In this document: positions 11,543-24,624 of the stretch, in pieces
How positions within the stretch are numbered: the first letter of the stretch is position 1
Layout of the letters: each line of letters starts with the position of its first letter
Notes under the pieces: generated by a model
The model's database searches: none
Told to the model about the DNA's origin: nothing
What the model saw: the letters and a program-made list of their open reading frames with translations, nothing else
Made by a program: the position numbers and the translations under genes
DNA from: Nemertoderma westbladi
Taxonomy: Eukaryota > Animalia > Xenacoelomorpha
Assembly (NCBI GenBank): GCA_032718475.1
Contig: JAUCBJ010003330.1
Span: 1-64,000 of the forward strand
Reading direction: 5' to 3'
Length of the DNA stretch: 64,000 bases

Positions 11543-14500
11543 ATGAAACTGGCCCCTGTGGACATGAGGGACAGTCTGGACACCTATAGGTCTAGCATCA
11601 CTGCCGTTTCCGACAATTACGACTACAAATACGTCAGCGAAAACTCAGACGCGGAAATCGATACCGCCAGGGCAGACCTTGACGACGGTCGCTATGAGGA
11701 CATTGACCATCTGTCGGATGAAGCCTTTAATTCCAGAGGGGCTTCGCGTCATAATGATAGCGATGGTAGCAATAATGAATCGTTTGAAGTGAATGAAACT
11801 ATTACAGATAAAGTTAATGATAATATTATGGACAACAATATTCACAGTGAAACATCGCAGGAAATTGATGCTAAAAAATACGATTTTGATGAGGATAACA
11901 TTGTGGAGGAAGTTGTTGATAATATTAATGTTGTCGATTCACTTGAGTTGGCTTCTGATGTTGACGATGACAGTGATTCTTCAATAGAATTCGCCCACAA
12001 AGTCTATCCTAAAAGTCCTCTTGTCAGTCGTGGAGCTTCAGAGGTAATATCGGAGTAACATGTAGTTAGTTACCCTTTGTTTATCCGCAGCAAAAACTAC
12101 GAGTTACCTGAGTGCATGTTAAGCTCTCAAAAATTGTTAAAAATATATTTAATTTGCCGTACTTAACACCCACACACACTTATATATATAACTGAATGAA
12201 CCTATGACACTCAAAACCAGTTATTTTCGTAACATTTCTGCAAATATCGAATCATTTTTTTAAATTTTGTAAAATTTAATTATTATTTTGATTATTTAAA
12301 AAATGAGCGTTAGAAACATTTGTTAACATTAAAACTAGTGAGTTCAATTTTTTCTCTCTTGGCACCTATAGTAAATAGAATTCCATGAGATTTATATTTA
12401 TTGTCTTTTGAGGAATACTTTAGAAACAAATTCATCATATTAATGATAATAATTACAACTCATAGCAACCAACAACATTATACCTTGCAGATCTTCGGTG
12501 ACGATATTGACGATGAAATAGAGAGTTTAGAGAAACAGCGAGAGAAATTACGGAGGAAAATTCTCCGCGATTCCAATTTGAAGCGAGAAAAAACGTTGGA
12601 GGATAAACGGAAGATGGAGGAAGCGGCGATGGAAGAGCGGCGAAAGAGGAGAGTTTACGAGGAGGTTGTAGGGAGGGAGGAACGGAGGAGGCAGGGAAGA
12701 GGAGTGAAGTTTAATAGATCGCCGGAAGTGATCGAACGTTCGTCGCCAACGGAAGTGGAACTCTCACCGGAAATGACGTCAGCCAGGAATATAATTTCTC
12801 AGGAAGTGACGTCATACTTGAACCGATTTTCACCGGTTGTGACGTCACTTGCTAATCCTCTTTCTCCGGATGTGATGTCACGCGCTACTCCCCCTTCACC
12901 GGAAGTGACGTCATACTTTGAGGATTCTTCCGGTTCTCCTGAGTCTGAGGAACGGGGGCAGGGGAGGATTCATTTCCATGGTGACGTGACCCACACGCAC
13001 GCAGACTTGTCGCCCCACCCCTATTTCCGTCCCCCTCCACCGGAGCCCCCACAACCGCCCCCTGGTCCGCCCCCCGAGGTGTCTGTGAACTTGGTGTCTC
13101 GACCGCCCCCCCAACCCGGCCCCGAGCCTGTTGACTACGTAGCAGCCAATAGGAGGCGGCCGCAACCCCCAAAGGCGACCTACGGAGGAATCTATACGAA
13201 GAGACAAGAGTTAGGCAATAGGAGCACACGAGATAGGTATCGTTTATATAGTAGGTTATATGAGTAAAATATATGTTGTATAATAACAAAGCAACTTTTG
13301 ACCTAAAAGTGAAAACCCAGGTATTCTTCCTTCACATGGGCAAAGATAGGTTCTATATGATATTGGGTGTATTAAATTTAATACAAATTATTTTTAGAAT
13401 TACTCGCTGAATTTAACCACACCCACATCGCCCCACTATTAAATTCATCGCTCATTCAATAAATCTTTTTCCTCAAACGAACAAATGGAATATATCAGAG
13501 TACCGGTATAACATTCGCAACCCGGTGTAACAGGATGAGATAACTCCTCGCCAAATATGACTCCCCAGTTTTCTCCCTAGATTTCTTAATTAACGGAAAG
13601 GAGCAGGTTACAGTGGCGGGCTTTTCTAACCAAAACAATAAACGATATCTCAATAACATAGGTTACTGATTTATTTTTGCAATATACGAAAATATCACAG
13701 GTACGGATATGAATTATAACTCAAATAGGGGAGTCATCTCAGCCTAAGGGAAGACATCTCAGCCTAAGGGAAGACATCTCAGCCTAAGGGAAGACATCTC
13801 AGCCTAAGGGGAGTCATCTCAGCCTAAGGGAAGACATCTCAGCCTAAGGGAAGACATCTCAGCCTAAGGGAAGACATCTCAGCCTAAGGAAAGACATCTC
13901 AGCCTAAGGGGAGTCATCTCAGCCTAAGGGAAGACATCTCAGCCTAAGGGAAGACATCTCAGCCTAAAGGAAGACATCTCAGCCTAAGGGAAGACATCTC
14001 AGCCTAAGGGAAGACATCTCAGCCTTTGGGAAGACATCTCAGCCTAAGGGAAGACATCTCAGCCTAAGGGAAGACATCTCAGCCTAAGGGAAGACATCTC
14101 AGCCTAAGGGGAGTCATCTCAGCCTAAGGGGAGTGTTCTCAGCCTAGGCTGAGATAACTGGGGAGTGTTCTCAGCCTAGGCTGATATAACTGGGGAATGT
14201 TTTCAGTCTAGGCTGAGACGACTGAGGAGTCATTTCAAGAGGGAGTTATCTCATCCTTGTACACCGGCACTATAGATGAATTACTCTTTTGTAGTTAATA
14301 TTATTATGATGATGGATGTTTTATGTCTAGGTGGGAGTTTTATTTAATGTTAATTTGATTAAGGAATTTAGGAAACGAAAATAGCGAAGCTAGTAACCAG
14401 ATAACAACCATATTTACAATGAAATTGTACTATTGGATACACTAATTGTTATATAAATCATGATTGATTGTCAAAATCATAATATCCAATGGATTTAAAA

Positions 14501-17327
14501 ATATATACAGTAGTTTGTATTTTCCGTCGGTTGTTGCCAGAATACGCTCTCTATAATTTATTAAAATAAAGTTTTCTTCGGCCGTTAGGCCAGGTATTAT
14601 ATTACGCTCAAAGTCGGACAAATTTTTCTAGTGCGGTCCCCACAGAACTTTACTCCCTAGAGGGAACTCTAGTACTCATTTAACTACCACTTAGCGCCCT
14701 TGCTAGTCCCTTTAAGCATTCGTGTCGAAACGAAAATTGCCCTGGCCCCGTGTGGGGATTGAACCCACGACCTCCGTGAGATGTGAAGTGAATTCAAGGC
14801 AACCACCTTATCAAGGCGGGTCTAATTAGTTAACATTACAATAGGTCTACGCTACGCTACGGTTAACAGTTAACATTGTTCCAAAATTTCGTTTTCATAT
14901 TGCTTAGATTAATGCATTCTATTAATCATATCTGACCTAAAATAATCCAAAATACTGAAAAATGAAACCTTATGGTAATATATTTCAATTCCGAGAGAGT
15001 TTTTATTGTTTTTATTAGTGCGAGCCAAGACACAATAACTTATATTATATATATCAACTAACTTAATAGTCTATATAGTTTATTTTCTTTTCAGACGCGT
15101 TGTCGCTATCACCCAAGAAGCTAATGTCAAACCGGTAGGGGTTGTTGGCGTGGAGGGTGCATGGGAGGCTGGAATGGCACGTCTATCGAAGGGAAAAAAA
15201 CGGGAGAAAAGGGGAAAACCTGGACCTCCGGGAAACCGGAAGGAAAAGGTGGTCCCCGTGGCGAAAAATTCGGGGGAAACCAAAACCGATGTGGGAGGAA
15301 TAACTGTTAGCACCCGGGAAACTCGAGTGGATAACCATGACAACACTCGGGTGAAAGTCGATATTAACCTGAATGTGCAGCCCAGTCAGCTGGCCCAGTT
15401 AGTAGCGGCGGGTCCGAGTGAGGTAAAACAACCGTTACAGTCCCCCAACCCGGCCCAATTTGTACCCCCTAACCCTTACTACCCCTTGGGACTACCCATG
15501 CCACCTGGTTACCCTGTATTCCCCTCTGAATTCTCTCAATTCCAAGGAGCCAAAGGATTCCCCCCTAGTTACTACGGCCACGGGGTTTTTGCTCCGGAAC
15601 TTCCCTTTCCCGGTGCCGGTGTGGTTCCGATCAACCCCGCGACCTACCAACCCGCCTATTTTTGGGGGTTTCCAGGGTTACCTTCGAAACACCCTGACCT
15701 TCGGACTCCGGCCGGAGTCGATGTATTGGAGTTAGACGAATCCGGGAGCCGAACTATCTCGGAGTCGGTCTCCCGCGGAACTGCCACCAATCCTTACTCA
15801 GTTATTCCCCCAATCGGTTCCATGCAGCAATCCGACTCCGCCGGATTCACCGCAGAGCAGTACGATTCGACCAACTCCGCCAAGCAGTACGATTTGACCA
15901 ACTCCGCCGAACAGTACGATTCGACTAGCTATGCGGAACAGTACGAGCGATCCAGGATTCCGCACAAACACAAGACCCCGGACTATAAACCCTATTCCCT
16001 CCGTGATTACCGCGCCCTGAAGCTGCAGCTGCAGAATGAGACGATAAACTCGGGGTTGGGTCCCGAGCCAGCGGACCCTAAAGTTCTCGCAAGGCAACGC
16101 GATAAACAACTCTACGGGGAGAACCTCCGTCGACGAAATAAACCCAAAGTAAACAAATCGAAAACTCGATTTGACGATGAAAAGCGCCACAACTCTAAAC
16201 GGGACACCGCGCTGAGTTACTCGAAGACTGTGCCAAAACCGAGTTCGAGTCATTCCGTCATAGGATCGAAGCCGGCGTCGACCGTCGGTAGTCGGAAGAT
16301 CCGAAGGTCGGAGATGGACGACGTGGATCAACTGGCGGACCGGCACTACCGGGAGAAGGAGAAAGTCGAGGAGATTCGTCGGCGGTTGAGTCTGGTTGAT
16401 ACTGTGGGAGATGGGGGAAGGGAGGAAGGTGTAGCGGGAGAGTGGGGTGGTGGGACTGGGGATAAGGGGGGAAGTGGGACTGGTCTCCGAACCAAGGATG
16501 AAAGTGGGACTAGTGTAGTGAACAAAGGGGGTAGTAGGACTCGATTGGGGGACAAAGATGGAAATGGGACTGGAGTAGTGGACAAAGATAGAAGTGGGTC
16601 TGGAGTTGGTGACAAGGGGGGGAATGGGACTGGTGAGGGTGACAAGGGGGGAAATGGGACTGGAGTAGGGGACAAAGATGGAAGAGGTACTGGAGTAGGT
16701 GACAAGGGGGGGAGTGGGACTCGTGTCCGAACCAAGGATGAAAGTGGGACTAGTGTAGTGAACAAGGGGGGAAGTAGGACTGGATTAGGGGACAAAGATG
16801 GAAGTGGGAATGAAGTAGGTGACAAGGGGGGAAATGGAACTGGAGTAGGGGACAAAGGGGGAAATGGGACTGGAGTAGGGGACAAAGGGGGAAGTGGGAC
16901 AGGTGAGGGTGACAAGGGGGGAAGTGGGACTGGAGTAGGTGACAAGGGGGAAAATGAGACTGGAGTAGGTAACAAGGGGGGAAATGGGACTGGAGTAGGG
17001 GACAAAGGGGGAAGTGGGACAGGTGAGGGTGACAAGGGGGGAAGTGGGACTGGAGTAGGTGACAAGGGGGGAAATGAGACTGGAGTAGGTAACAAGGGGG
17101 GAAATGGGACTGGAGTAGGGGACAACGGGGGGAGTGGGACAGGTGAGGGTGACAAGGGGGGAAGTGGGACTGGAGTAGGTGACAAGGGGGGAAATGGGAC
17201 TGGAGTAGGTGACAAGGGGGGAAATGGGACTGGAGTAGGGGACAAAGGGGGGAGTGGGACAGGTGAGGGTGACAGGGGGGGGATTGGGACTGGAGTAGGT
17301 GACAAGGGGGAAATGAGACTGGAGTAG
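11543..17327 (+). CDS. JHY: JHY (C11orf63)-like ciliary protein with a C-terminal Gly-rich decapeptide repeat
   Basis: Phase-consistent exons 11543-12043, 12491-13236 and 15095-17327 or beyond. Motifs YKPYSLRDYR, GLGP, KQLYGENLR, SKRDTALSYSKTVPKP and LADRHYREKEKV match the JHY domain pattern (YKPYTLKDY..GGLGPD..KALEYAKTIPKP..RHEREK). The true stop is uncertain (17327, or as far as 20152). Confidence 0.75.
13522..14267. mobile_element. MITE with ~26-bp TIRs carrying an internal 20-bp tandem array (~13728-14150)
   Basis: CCGGTGTAACAGGATGAGATAACTCC ... GGAGTTATCTCATCCTTGTACACCGG; the array unit GGGAAGACATCTCAGCCTAA is related to the TIR core. Confidence 0.75.
14568..14820 (-). mobile_element. 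tRNA-derived SINE
   Basis: Minus strand reads GGAGGTCGTGGGTTCAATCCCCACACGGGGCCA (T-arm/B box), followed by a body shared with 2750-2895. Confidence 0.6.
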
Positions 17328-20065
17328 GGGACAAAGGGGGAAATGGGACTGGAGTAGGGGACAAAGATGGAAGTCGAACTGGAGTAGGGGACAAAGGGGG
17401 AAGTGGGACAGGTGAGGGTGACAAGGGGGGAAGTGGGACTGGAGTAGGTGACAAGGGGGGAAATGGGACTGGAGTAGGTGACAAGGGGGGAAATGGGACT
17501 GGAGTAGGGGACAAAGGGGGAAGTGGGACAGGTGAGGGTGACAGGGGGGGAAGTGGGACTGGAGTAGGTGACAAGGGGGAAATGAGACTGGAGTAGGGGA
17601 CAAAGGGGGAAGTGGAACAGGTGAGGGTGGCAGGGGGGGAAGTGGGACTGGAGTAGGTGACAAAGGGGGAAATGGGACTGGAGTAGGGGACAAAGGGGGA
17701 AGTGGGACAGGTGAGGGTGACAAGGGGGGAAGTGGAACTGGAGTAGGGGACAAGGGGGAAATGAGACTGGAGTAGGTGACAAAGGGGGAAATGGGACTGG
17801 AGTAGGGGACAATGGGGTGGAGTGGGACTGGTATAGGTGACAAGGGGGGAGGCGAGTCTGGAGTAGGTGACAAAGGGGGAAGTGGGACTGGATTAGGGAA
17901 CAAGGGCGGAAGTGGCACTGGAGTAGGTGACAAGGGGGGAAATGGGACTAGAGTAGGGGACAAAGATGGAAGTGGAACTGGAGTAGGGGACAAAGATGGA
18001 AGTGGGCCTGGAGTAGGTGACAAGGGGGGAAATGGGACTGGAGTAGGTGACAAAGATGGAAGTGGGACTGGTGTCTGCACCAAGGATGAAAGTGGGACTA
18101 GTGTAGTGAACAAGGGGGGAAGTAGGACTGGATTAGGGGGCAAAGATGGAAGTGGGACTGGAGTAGTGGACAAAGATGGAAGTGGGCCTGGAGTAGGTGA
18201 CAAAGATGGAAGTGGGACTGGTGTCTGCACCAAGGATGAAAGTGGGACTAGTGTAGTGAACAAGGGGGGAAGTGGGACTGGAGTAGTGGACAAAGATGGA
18301 AGTGGGCCTGGAGTAGGGGACAAAGATGGAAGTGGGGCTGGAGTGGGTGACAAGGGGGGAATGGGACTGGTGAGGGTGACAAGGGGGGAAATGGGACTGG
18401 AGTAGGGGACAAAGATGGAAGTGGAACTGGAGTAGGGGACAAAGGGGGAAGTGGGACAGGTGAGGGTGACAAGGGGGGGAGTGGGACTGGAGTAGGTGAC
18501 AAGGGGGAAATGAGACTGGAGTAGGTGACAAAGGGGGAAATGGGACTGGAGTAGGGGACAATGGGGTGGAGTGGGACTGGTATAGGTGACAAGGGGGGAG
18601 GCGAGTCTGGAGTAGGTGACAAAGAGGGAAGTGGGACTGGATTAGGGAACAAGGGCGGAAGTGGCACTGGAGTAGGTGACAAGGGGGGAAATGGGACTAG
18701 AGTAGGGGACAAAGATGGAAGTGGAACTGAAGTAGGGGACAAAGATGGAAGTGGGCCTGGAGTAGGTGACAAGGGGGGAAATGGGACTGGAGTAGGTGAC
18801 AAAGATGGAAGTGGGACTGGTGTCTGCACCAAGGATGAAAGTGGGACTAGTGTAGTGAACAAGGGGGGAAGTAGGACTGGATTAGGGGGCAAAGATGGAA
18901 GTGGGACTGGAGTAGTGGACAAAGATGGAAGTGGGCCTGGAGTAGGTGACAAAGATGGAAGTGGGACTGGTGTCTGCACCAAGGATGAAAGTGGGACTAG
19001 TGTAGTGAACAAGGGGGGAAGTGGGACTGGAGTAGTGGACAAAGATGGAAGTGGGCCTGGAGTAGGGGACAAAGATGGAAGTGGGACTGGAGTAGTGGAC
19101 AAAGATGGAAGTGGGCCTGGAGTAGGTGACAAAGATGGAAGTGGGACTGGTGTCTGCACCAAGGATGAAAGTGGGACTAGTGTAGTGAACAAGGGGGGAA
19201 GTGGGACTGGAGTAGTGGACAAAGATGGAAGTGGGCCTGGAGTAGGGGACAAAGATGGAAGTGGGACTGGTGTCTGAACCAAGGATGAAAGTGGGACTAG
19301 TGTAGTGAACAAGGGGAGGAAGTAGGACTGGATTAGGGGACAAAGATGGAAGTGGGACTGGAGTAGTGGACAAAGATGGAAGTGGGCCTGGAGTAGGTGA
19401 CAAAGATGGAAGTGGGACTGGTGTCTGCACCAAGGATGAAAGTGGGACTAGTGTAGTGAACAAGGGGGGAAGTGGGACTGGAGTAGTGGACAAAGATGGA
19501 AGTGGGACTGGAGTAGTGGACAAAGATGGAAGTGGGACTGGAGTAGTGGACAAAGATGGAAGTGGGCCTGGAGTAGGTGACAAAGATGGAAGTGGGACTG
19601 GTGTCTGCACCAAGGATGAAAGTGGGACTAGTGTAGTGAACAAGGGGAGGAAGTAGGACTGGATTAGGGGACAAAGATGGAAGTGGGACTGGAGTAGTGG
19701 ACAAAGATGGAAGTGGGACTGGAGTAGTGGACAAAGATGGAAGTGGGCCTGGAGTAGGTGACAAAGATGGAAGTGGGACTGGTGTCTGCACCAAGGATGA
19801 AAGTGGGACTAGTGTAGTGAACAAGGGGGGAAGTAGGACTGGATTAGGGGACAAAGATGGAAGTGGGACTGGAGTAGTGGACAAAGATGGAAGTGGGACT
19901 GGAGTAGTGGACAAAGATGGAAGTGGGCCTGGAGTAGGTGACAAAGATGGAAGTGGGACTGGTGTCTGCACCAAGGATGAAAGTGGGACTAGTGTAGTGA
20001 ACAAGGGGGGAAGTAGGACTGGATTAGGGGACAAAGATGGAAGTGGGACTGGAGTTGGTGACAAG
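16450..20065 (+). repeat. 30-bp G-rich tandem array (GDKGGNGTGV/GDKDGSGTGV-coding), ~120 units with higher-order duplications
   Basis: Clear 30-bp period; a 749-bp higher-order repeat (17812 versus 18561); occasional 29- and 31-bp units. Confidence 0.95.
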
Positions 20066-20831
20066 TGGGTTAAGTGGGAATTGATTAGAGGGCATGGGGG
20101 ATGTGGGACTGGTCATACCAAAGTTTTGGTAATGGAAAGTGGCGTGGAGTAAAAAATTTAAACAAAATTAATATAATTCCTAATTCTTATTGATGCTAAT
20201 ACATATTACATCGTACTTTTTTTACGGTAATCATGTATATTTAAATATTATTCTTTATAATTTTATAATCTGACATAATCATTTAGATACGAGTCTCTGT
20301 CTATCTGTTTTTTGGATGATAATAAAACATTTTGTCATAAATAATCAATTGTCGTAATCTTCCATCTGATAACAAGACTTGAATTATCGTTATTTATATT
20401 TTACTGTTTGATACCTTTCTTATAGTGCGGCATGAACTTTTATTTATTTTTTTGTGCCTGGTTTTATTTCGTAATCTCTTTTACAGTCTGTGATTCTCAT
20501 ATATTATTATTATAGGTTATTTTCTACATTATTAAATAATTATATAATACAACATAAAAATCGTAATTGTTCAGTTTTTTGTTTCGCGTGGTGGAATTAA
20601 TCAGGTGTTAATTAGTAGGCCTATGTGGAAACTAAACATATATTCGTTGGGTCAAAATATATTGATGGCGGGGGGGTCTTCAGGGAAATATAGATAAAAA
20701 AAAGCTGCTGATTACTCGCAAAAGTTAGCAGCGACTATTTAATGGATAAATGGAGACTCCAGATAATAGATATATTATTATACTATTTAAAATTATATTA
20801 TCTAGTCTAGATTATGAGTCATCTATTTGTT

Positions 20832-21383
20832 TCAGTGGTTACTAAGTAACATACGCAACTCTTTTTTCGATAACATTCCGTTTTTATCGATATCCACCAC
20901 AGATAGAATCTTATTAGTATAAGTCTTCAACGTTTCCATATCAAGATCGTTATCACCATCCTTATTCAATAGATCTCTAATAAAGGCCTCTACCTCATCT
21001 CTGTTTAGCTCGCCCGTTTCGCTTTGATCGTAATGCTGGAATATACCATCGAAAACATCTTTCTTAATATCATCGAATGGCTTCATAAAGTTTTCTTCCA
21101 CTGGTAATAAATGAGCCATTGTCGCCAAGGTAACACGCCCTTTTGAGTCACTAAAATGCTCTTTGATAGATTCCTCATATTTACTAACTTTCTCCATATC
21201 TTCTTGTTCTTTCTCAACGAGGTCTACAACTAGTTTATGCAGTTCGCTACCCTCTATGTAACCATTCGAATCCGTGTCGTAATATTTCCAGCACTTTATT
21301 AAATCCGCACTGGTTAACTGTACTTTACCACGAAATTGTATCAAGAAATTTTCTTTCTTATCTAAACTTTCAAGGAATGACAT
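20832..21383 (-). CDS. Calbindin/calretinin/secretagogin-family EF-hand protein (4 EF-hands, intronless ORF)
   Basis: ENFLIQFR, WKYYDTDSNGYIEGSEL, LLPVEENF, FQHYDQSETGELNRDEV and VDIDKNGMLSKKEL; the LPxEENF linker is characteristic of the calbindin family. Confidence 0.85.
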   Translation of the reverse strand: MSFLESLDKKENFLIQFRGKVQLTSADLIKCWKYYDTDSNGYIEGSELHKLVVDLVEKEQEDMEKVSKYEESIKEHFSDSKGRVTLATMAHLLPVEENFMKPFDDIKKDVFDGIFQHYDQSETGELNRDEVEAFIRDLLNKDGDNDLDMETLKTYTNKILSVVDIDKNGMLSKKELRMLLSNH

Positions 21384-22869
21384 CGTTCATTTGAATCAGT
21401 TACTAATTATTAGCAGGAATATATTCAATTTACTTGAAAATATATATTATTCAGAAAATAGGCATATAGCAGCTAACAAACTGACAATCTTTATTACAAA
21501 TTATTTTATATAATGCATGGTTACAATATAATCACTACTGTACTCTAGTCTGTCAATATTGATGCCAACATGTGGGATTGACTACTTAACTAGGGACAGG
21601 GTAATAAAATGTTTGGAATATATTCTTTCTGTATAATATTATGTATAGCTACATCTGCACTAGGGCAGCATTAGACACAGAGTCGATCACTATCTATATT
21701 CGCTCACGGTTATGCTATTATTTGCCAAGAATTCGAATCTCCAATTTCGGAAAAGTGCCAGCTGCTGTAATTAGATAGGCATAGATTCTGTAATCCATTA
21801 AGAATTTATCGAAATTATAACGAAAATGTCTTTAGACTGGGAAGTTTTTGTCTAAAGCTGAGGCCGGCAAAAACATGATGGAAGTATGTTTGTATGTATG
21901 TATGAAGTTTCAAACCACTTGCTTGTATTGGAAAGTTGTAAACGCGACTATTTATCAATTAGCATCTAGTTGTTGAATAAAAAAGTTGGGTGCGATTCGA
22001 TGTGCGATATTCGAAATATTAGCATATTATCAACATTATGGAACGCTAAATTAAATACCACCACTACACTTTGACAGCTGAACAACATTTTACTAATTAT
22101 TATTGTCAATTGGAGTTACGTATATTAATTATATCGTTAATTATTGTTCTATCTCTATTCATTCAATTAGAGTAATACCAAGCAGTACATCATTAATATA
22201 TCGTATCTATAGGGAGTATTGTAATGTAAAGGCTTGTTTTGTATATCTGGGACGTTTACAACAGCTGTCGATTAAACTAACAAAACCATAAAACTGAACC
22301 AGGGACCAACAGCTGTTGAGTAGACTCAATCACTCAATGGACGGTTTCATAAGCTTTCATAGGAGGTTTCTATTTTATATTGGTTGCTTCCGATATTTAT
22401 TATTAGGCTAACTGTGAATATGTTATGTAGAAATTATTTGTGTTCTATATTTTATTTATCTAATACTACAGTACAAGACCCCTTCGCAAAGTAAACCGCT
22501 CTTTAGGAGTGTTTCCCAGGTTGCGGATATTTCACACATCGCACTAATTATTGTGATTTGTCTGTTTATACGAGTGTGTGTTACATTAGACGTGGGGCAG
22601 TTTGTTTGGTTGATGCAAGTCATTCTTAGTTTGCATCTTCCAATCAGTTTCTTGGAGTCTGTGTTAGACAGGTTCGTTTAAAGTCATCTTGGTGGCGCTC
22701 TAGTATCTGTTAACCGATAATATTGTTTCAGAACATCTACATTGACTCAAAAATAGTGTCGTCGAGCTAGAAATTGCGACCAAAATATGAAAACCTGGCA
22801 TTCTTCACATGCGAGAAGATCCATACCAATATCTCATTAGTCCCTCTTCCCCCAGATTTGACACTTGGA

Positions 22870-23120
22870 CAGATGGCTTTCGTTGTGAGGACCAGCATTT
22901 GTACAATTATTATGCTTTGGCAGCTTCATGGAGAGAATAAGCATTGTTGGACATCAGTCCATGACTTTCTAGAGTGACCTTTTAAATGACACTGGCCTTG
23001 AAGATGCGTTTATTATATTCTCGCTAAAGTTATCGGCGATAGGAAGTTCTGTATGGCGTTCCAATTTTGTCGATAAGCCTACATAGCATTCTTAAAGCAG
23101 CTGAAATGCAGAATGCCGAT
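22870..23120 (+). mobile_element. Degenerate RTE family A 3' end
   Basis: TGGCAGCTTCATGGAGAGAATAAGCAT...GACACTGGCCTT...AATTTTGTCGATAAGCC...CATTCTTAAAGCAGCTGAAATGCAG matches the reverse complement of 1608-1810. Confidence 0.7.
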
Positions 23121-23294
23121 TACAGATATATTAATCTAAATGAAACTCATACGCATAATACTATAAGAAATATTACTGGCCTACTACTGTATATTACCGG
23201 AAGTACAGTATTATAATTTTGTAAATAGCCAACTCCACCAGCCAAACTATCCTCATATTATTATAACCACTCACGAGTGTACAATTTTGGGGAG

Positions 23295-23307
23295 GTTGCT
23301 AGGCAAC
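23295..23307. promoter_or_regulatory. RFX X-box upstream of the PIERCE1-like gene
   Basis: GTTGCTAGGCAAC, a near-perfect palindromic X-box ~385 bp upstream of a motile-cilia gene ATG. Confidence 0.65.
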
Positions 23308-23690
23308 TATAGCAAAACAAGTATTCATTTTCAGTAGGCCTACTACAGTACATATGAATCATATAAATACACACTGCACACTGGTGGTAGGCCATGCTCG
23401 GTCTCTTGCTTCAGACAAATAAAAATCAATAAAGGCGGAAAAAACGTGACAATTAAAATAGGCGCAATAATATTTATTAATAATAAATGCTGATTTGTAT
23501 TGAGTGATTCTTCTTGAACAATTTTCTTACACTTATATCGGTTTAAAGTCATTTAGTTTGAGACAACATAGGGTTGTATTGCAGCCTCATCTTATGTTTA
23601 ATACGATTATCCGTTGAAATTAAAGATAATATTAGTAGTAAATTTGTTGATTAAATTTCAAGGAAGATAATTTTAGATTGAAACACTACC

Positions 23691-23981
23691 ATGACGTCAC
23701 CTGGAGACTCTGGTAACCAAGACGACCCCGCAACCTCAGACTTCTACCGGACTTTGGATGACCTCCCGGACCGGTTCGAGCACCCTTCCCGTATCCATGG
23801 TTACGGGATACCACCACGCCTCAACGAGCACCCATTCTACCGCACCACTAACTCCGTGTACGGTTCACGAGCACCGTCGGTGCACACAACCTCGACAAAA
23901 TACTTCCCGCGGGTACAGAAGTTCAGTTCCGATTTGGGAAAGTGCGGAATGTATAGAAACCAAGGAGTAAATACAGGATAA
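23691..23981 (+). CDS. PIERCE1: PIERCE1 (C9orf116)-like ciliary microtubule inner protein
   Basis: TSDFYR..DLPDRF.HP....GY...YRTTNSVYGSRAPSVH....YFP....FS..L...GMYRN matches the PIERCE1/2 family pattern; good Kozak context ACCATG. Confidence 0.85.
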   Translation: MTSPGDSGNQDDPATSDFYRTLDDLPDRFEHPSRIHGYGIPPRLNEHPFYRTTNSVYGSRAPSVHTTSTKYFPRVQKFSSDLGKCGMYRNQGVNTG

Positions 23982-24624
23982 TTAACAACCGTCGATAAAA
24001 TTACATTGAGAATTCGGTAGACAATTATGTCAGTAATAATTTAATAATGTAATGTGGTGTGGAGCTAACTTAACTATTTTGTTGTTGTTTTTGTTGTAAA
24101 AAAAACTGTAGTAATAAATAGTACTAAAACCCGAGAATCGCCCATGAATAATACCAGGTTTATACTTTTCGGTCGACATTTTATTGGAATTTTTTGTATG
24201 AAGATTTTTAATTTATCTTTCTACTAAGTGTTTTATAGCGCTTATTTCTGTCATATTTATATAACCTGTACATATACTAAATCTTTTATTGTTTTGGTTA
24301 GATTCAGCACTTCTTCAACCAAAAACCTGTGTTTTTGGTGAAAATCTAGTATTCTTCACATGGTGGTAACTGCAAAGTGAAATATAACGACAGAAAGTTG
24401 GTATTTTTCACATGGGCCCCGAGAATGGTGAAAACTTGACCTTAAATGTAAAAATATTATATAATACTTTTGGATCGGCATCGATCAAGGTAAACTTTCC
24501 GTTTTTTAATTAATAAAATCCGATAATTAATTTTTAACTACGAACAATTGAGTGAGTCTTATAAGTAATTATACCATAAAATTGAAATGTTGTAATATAG
24601 GCCTATTACAGTATGTACCGTTAA

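Noticed and set aside
16346-20064. Long Pro/Ser-rich minus-strand ORFs
   Set aside because: Antisense shadows of the G-rich 30-bp array.
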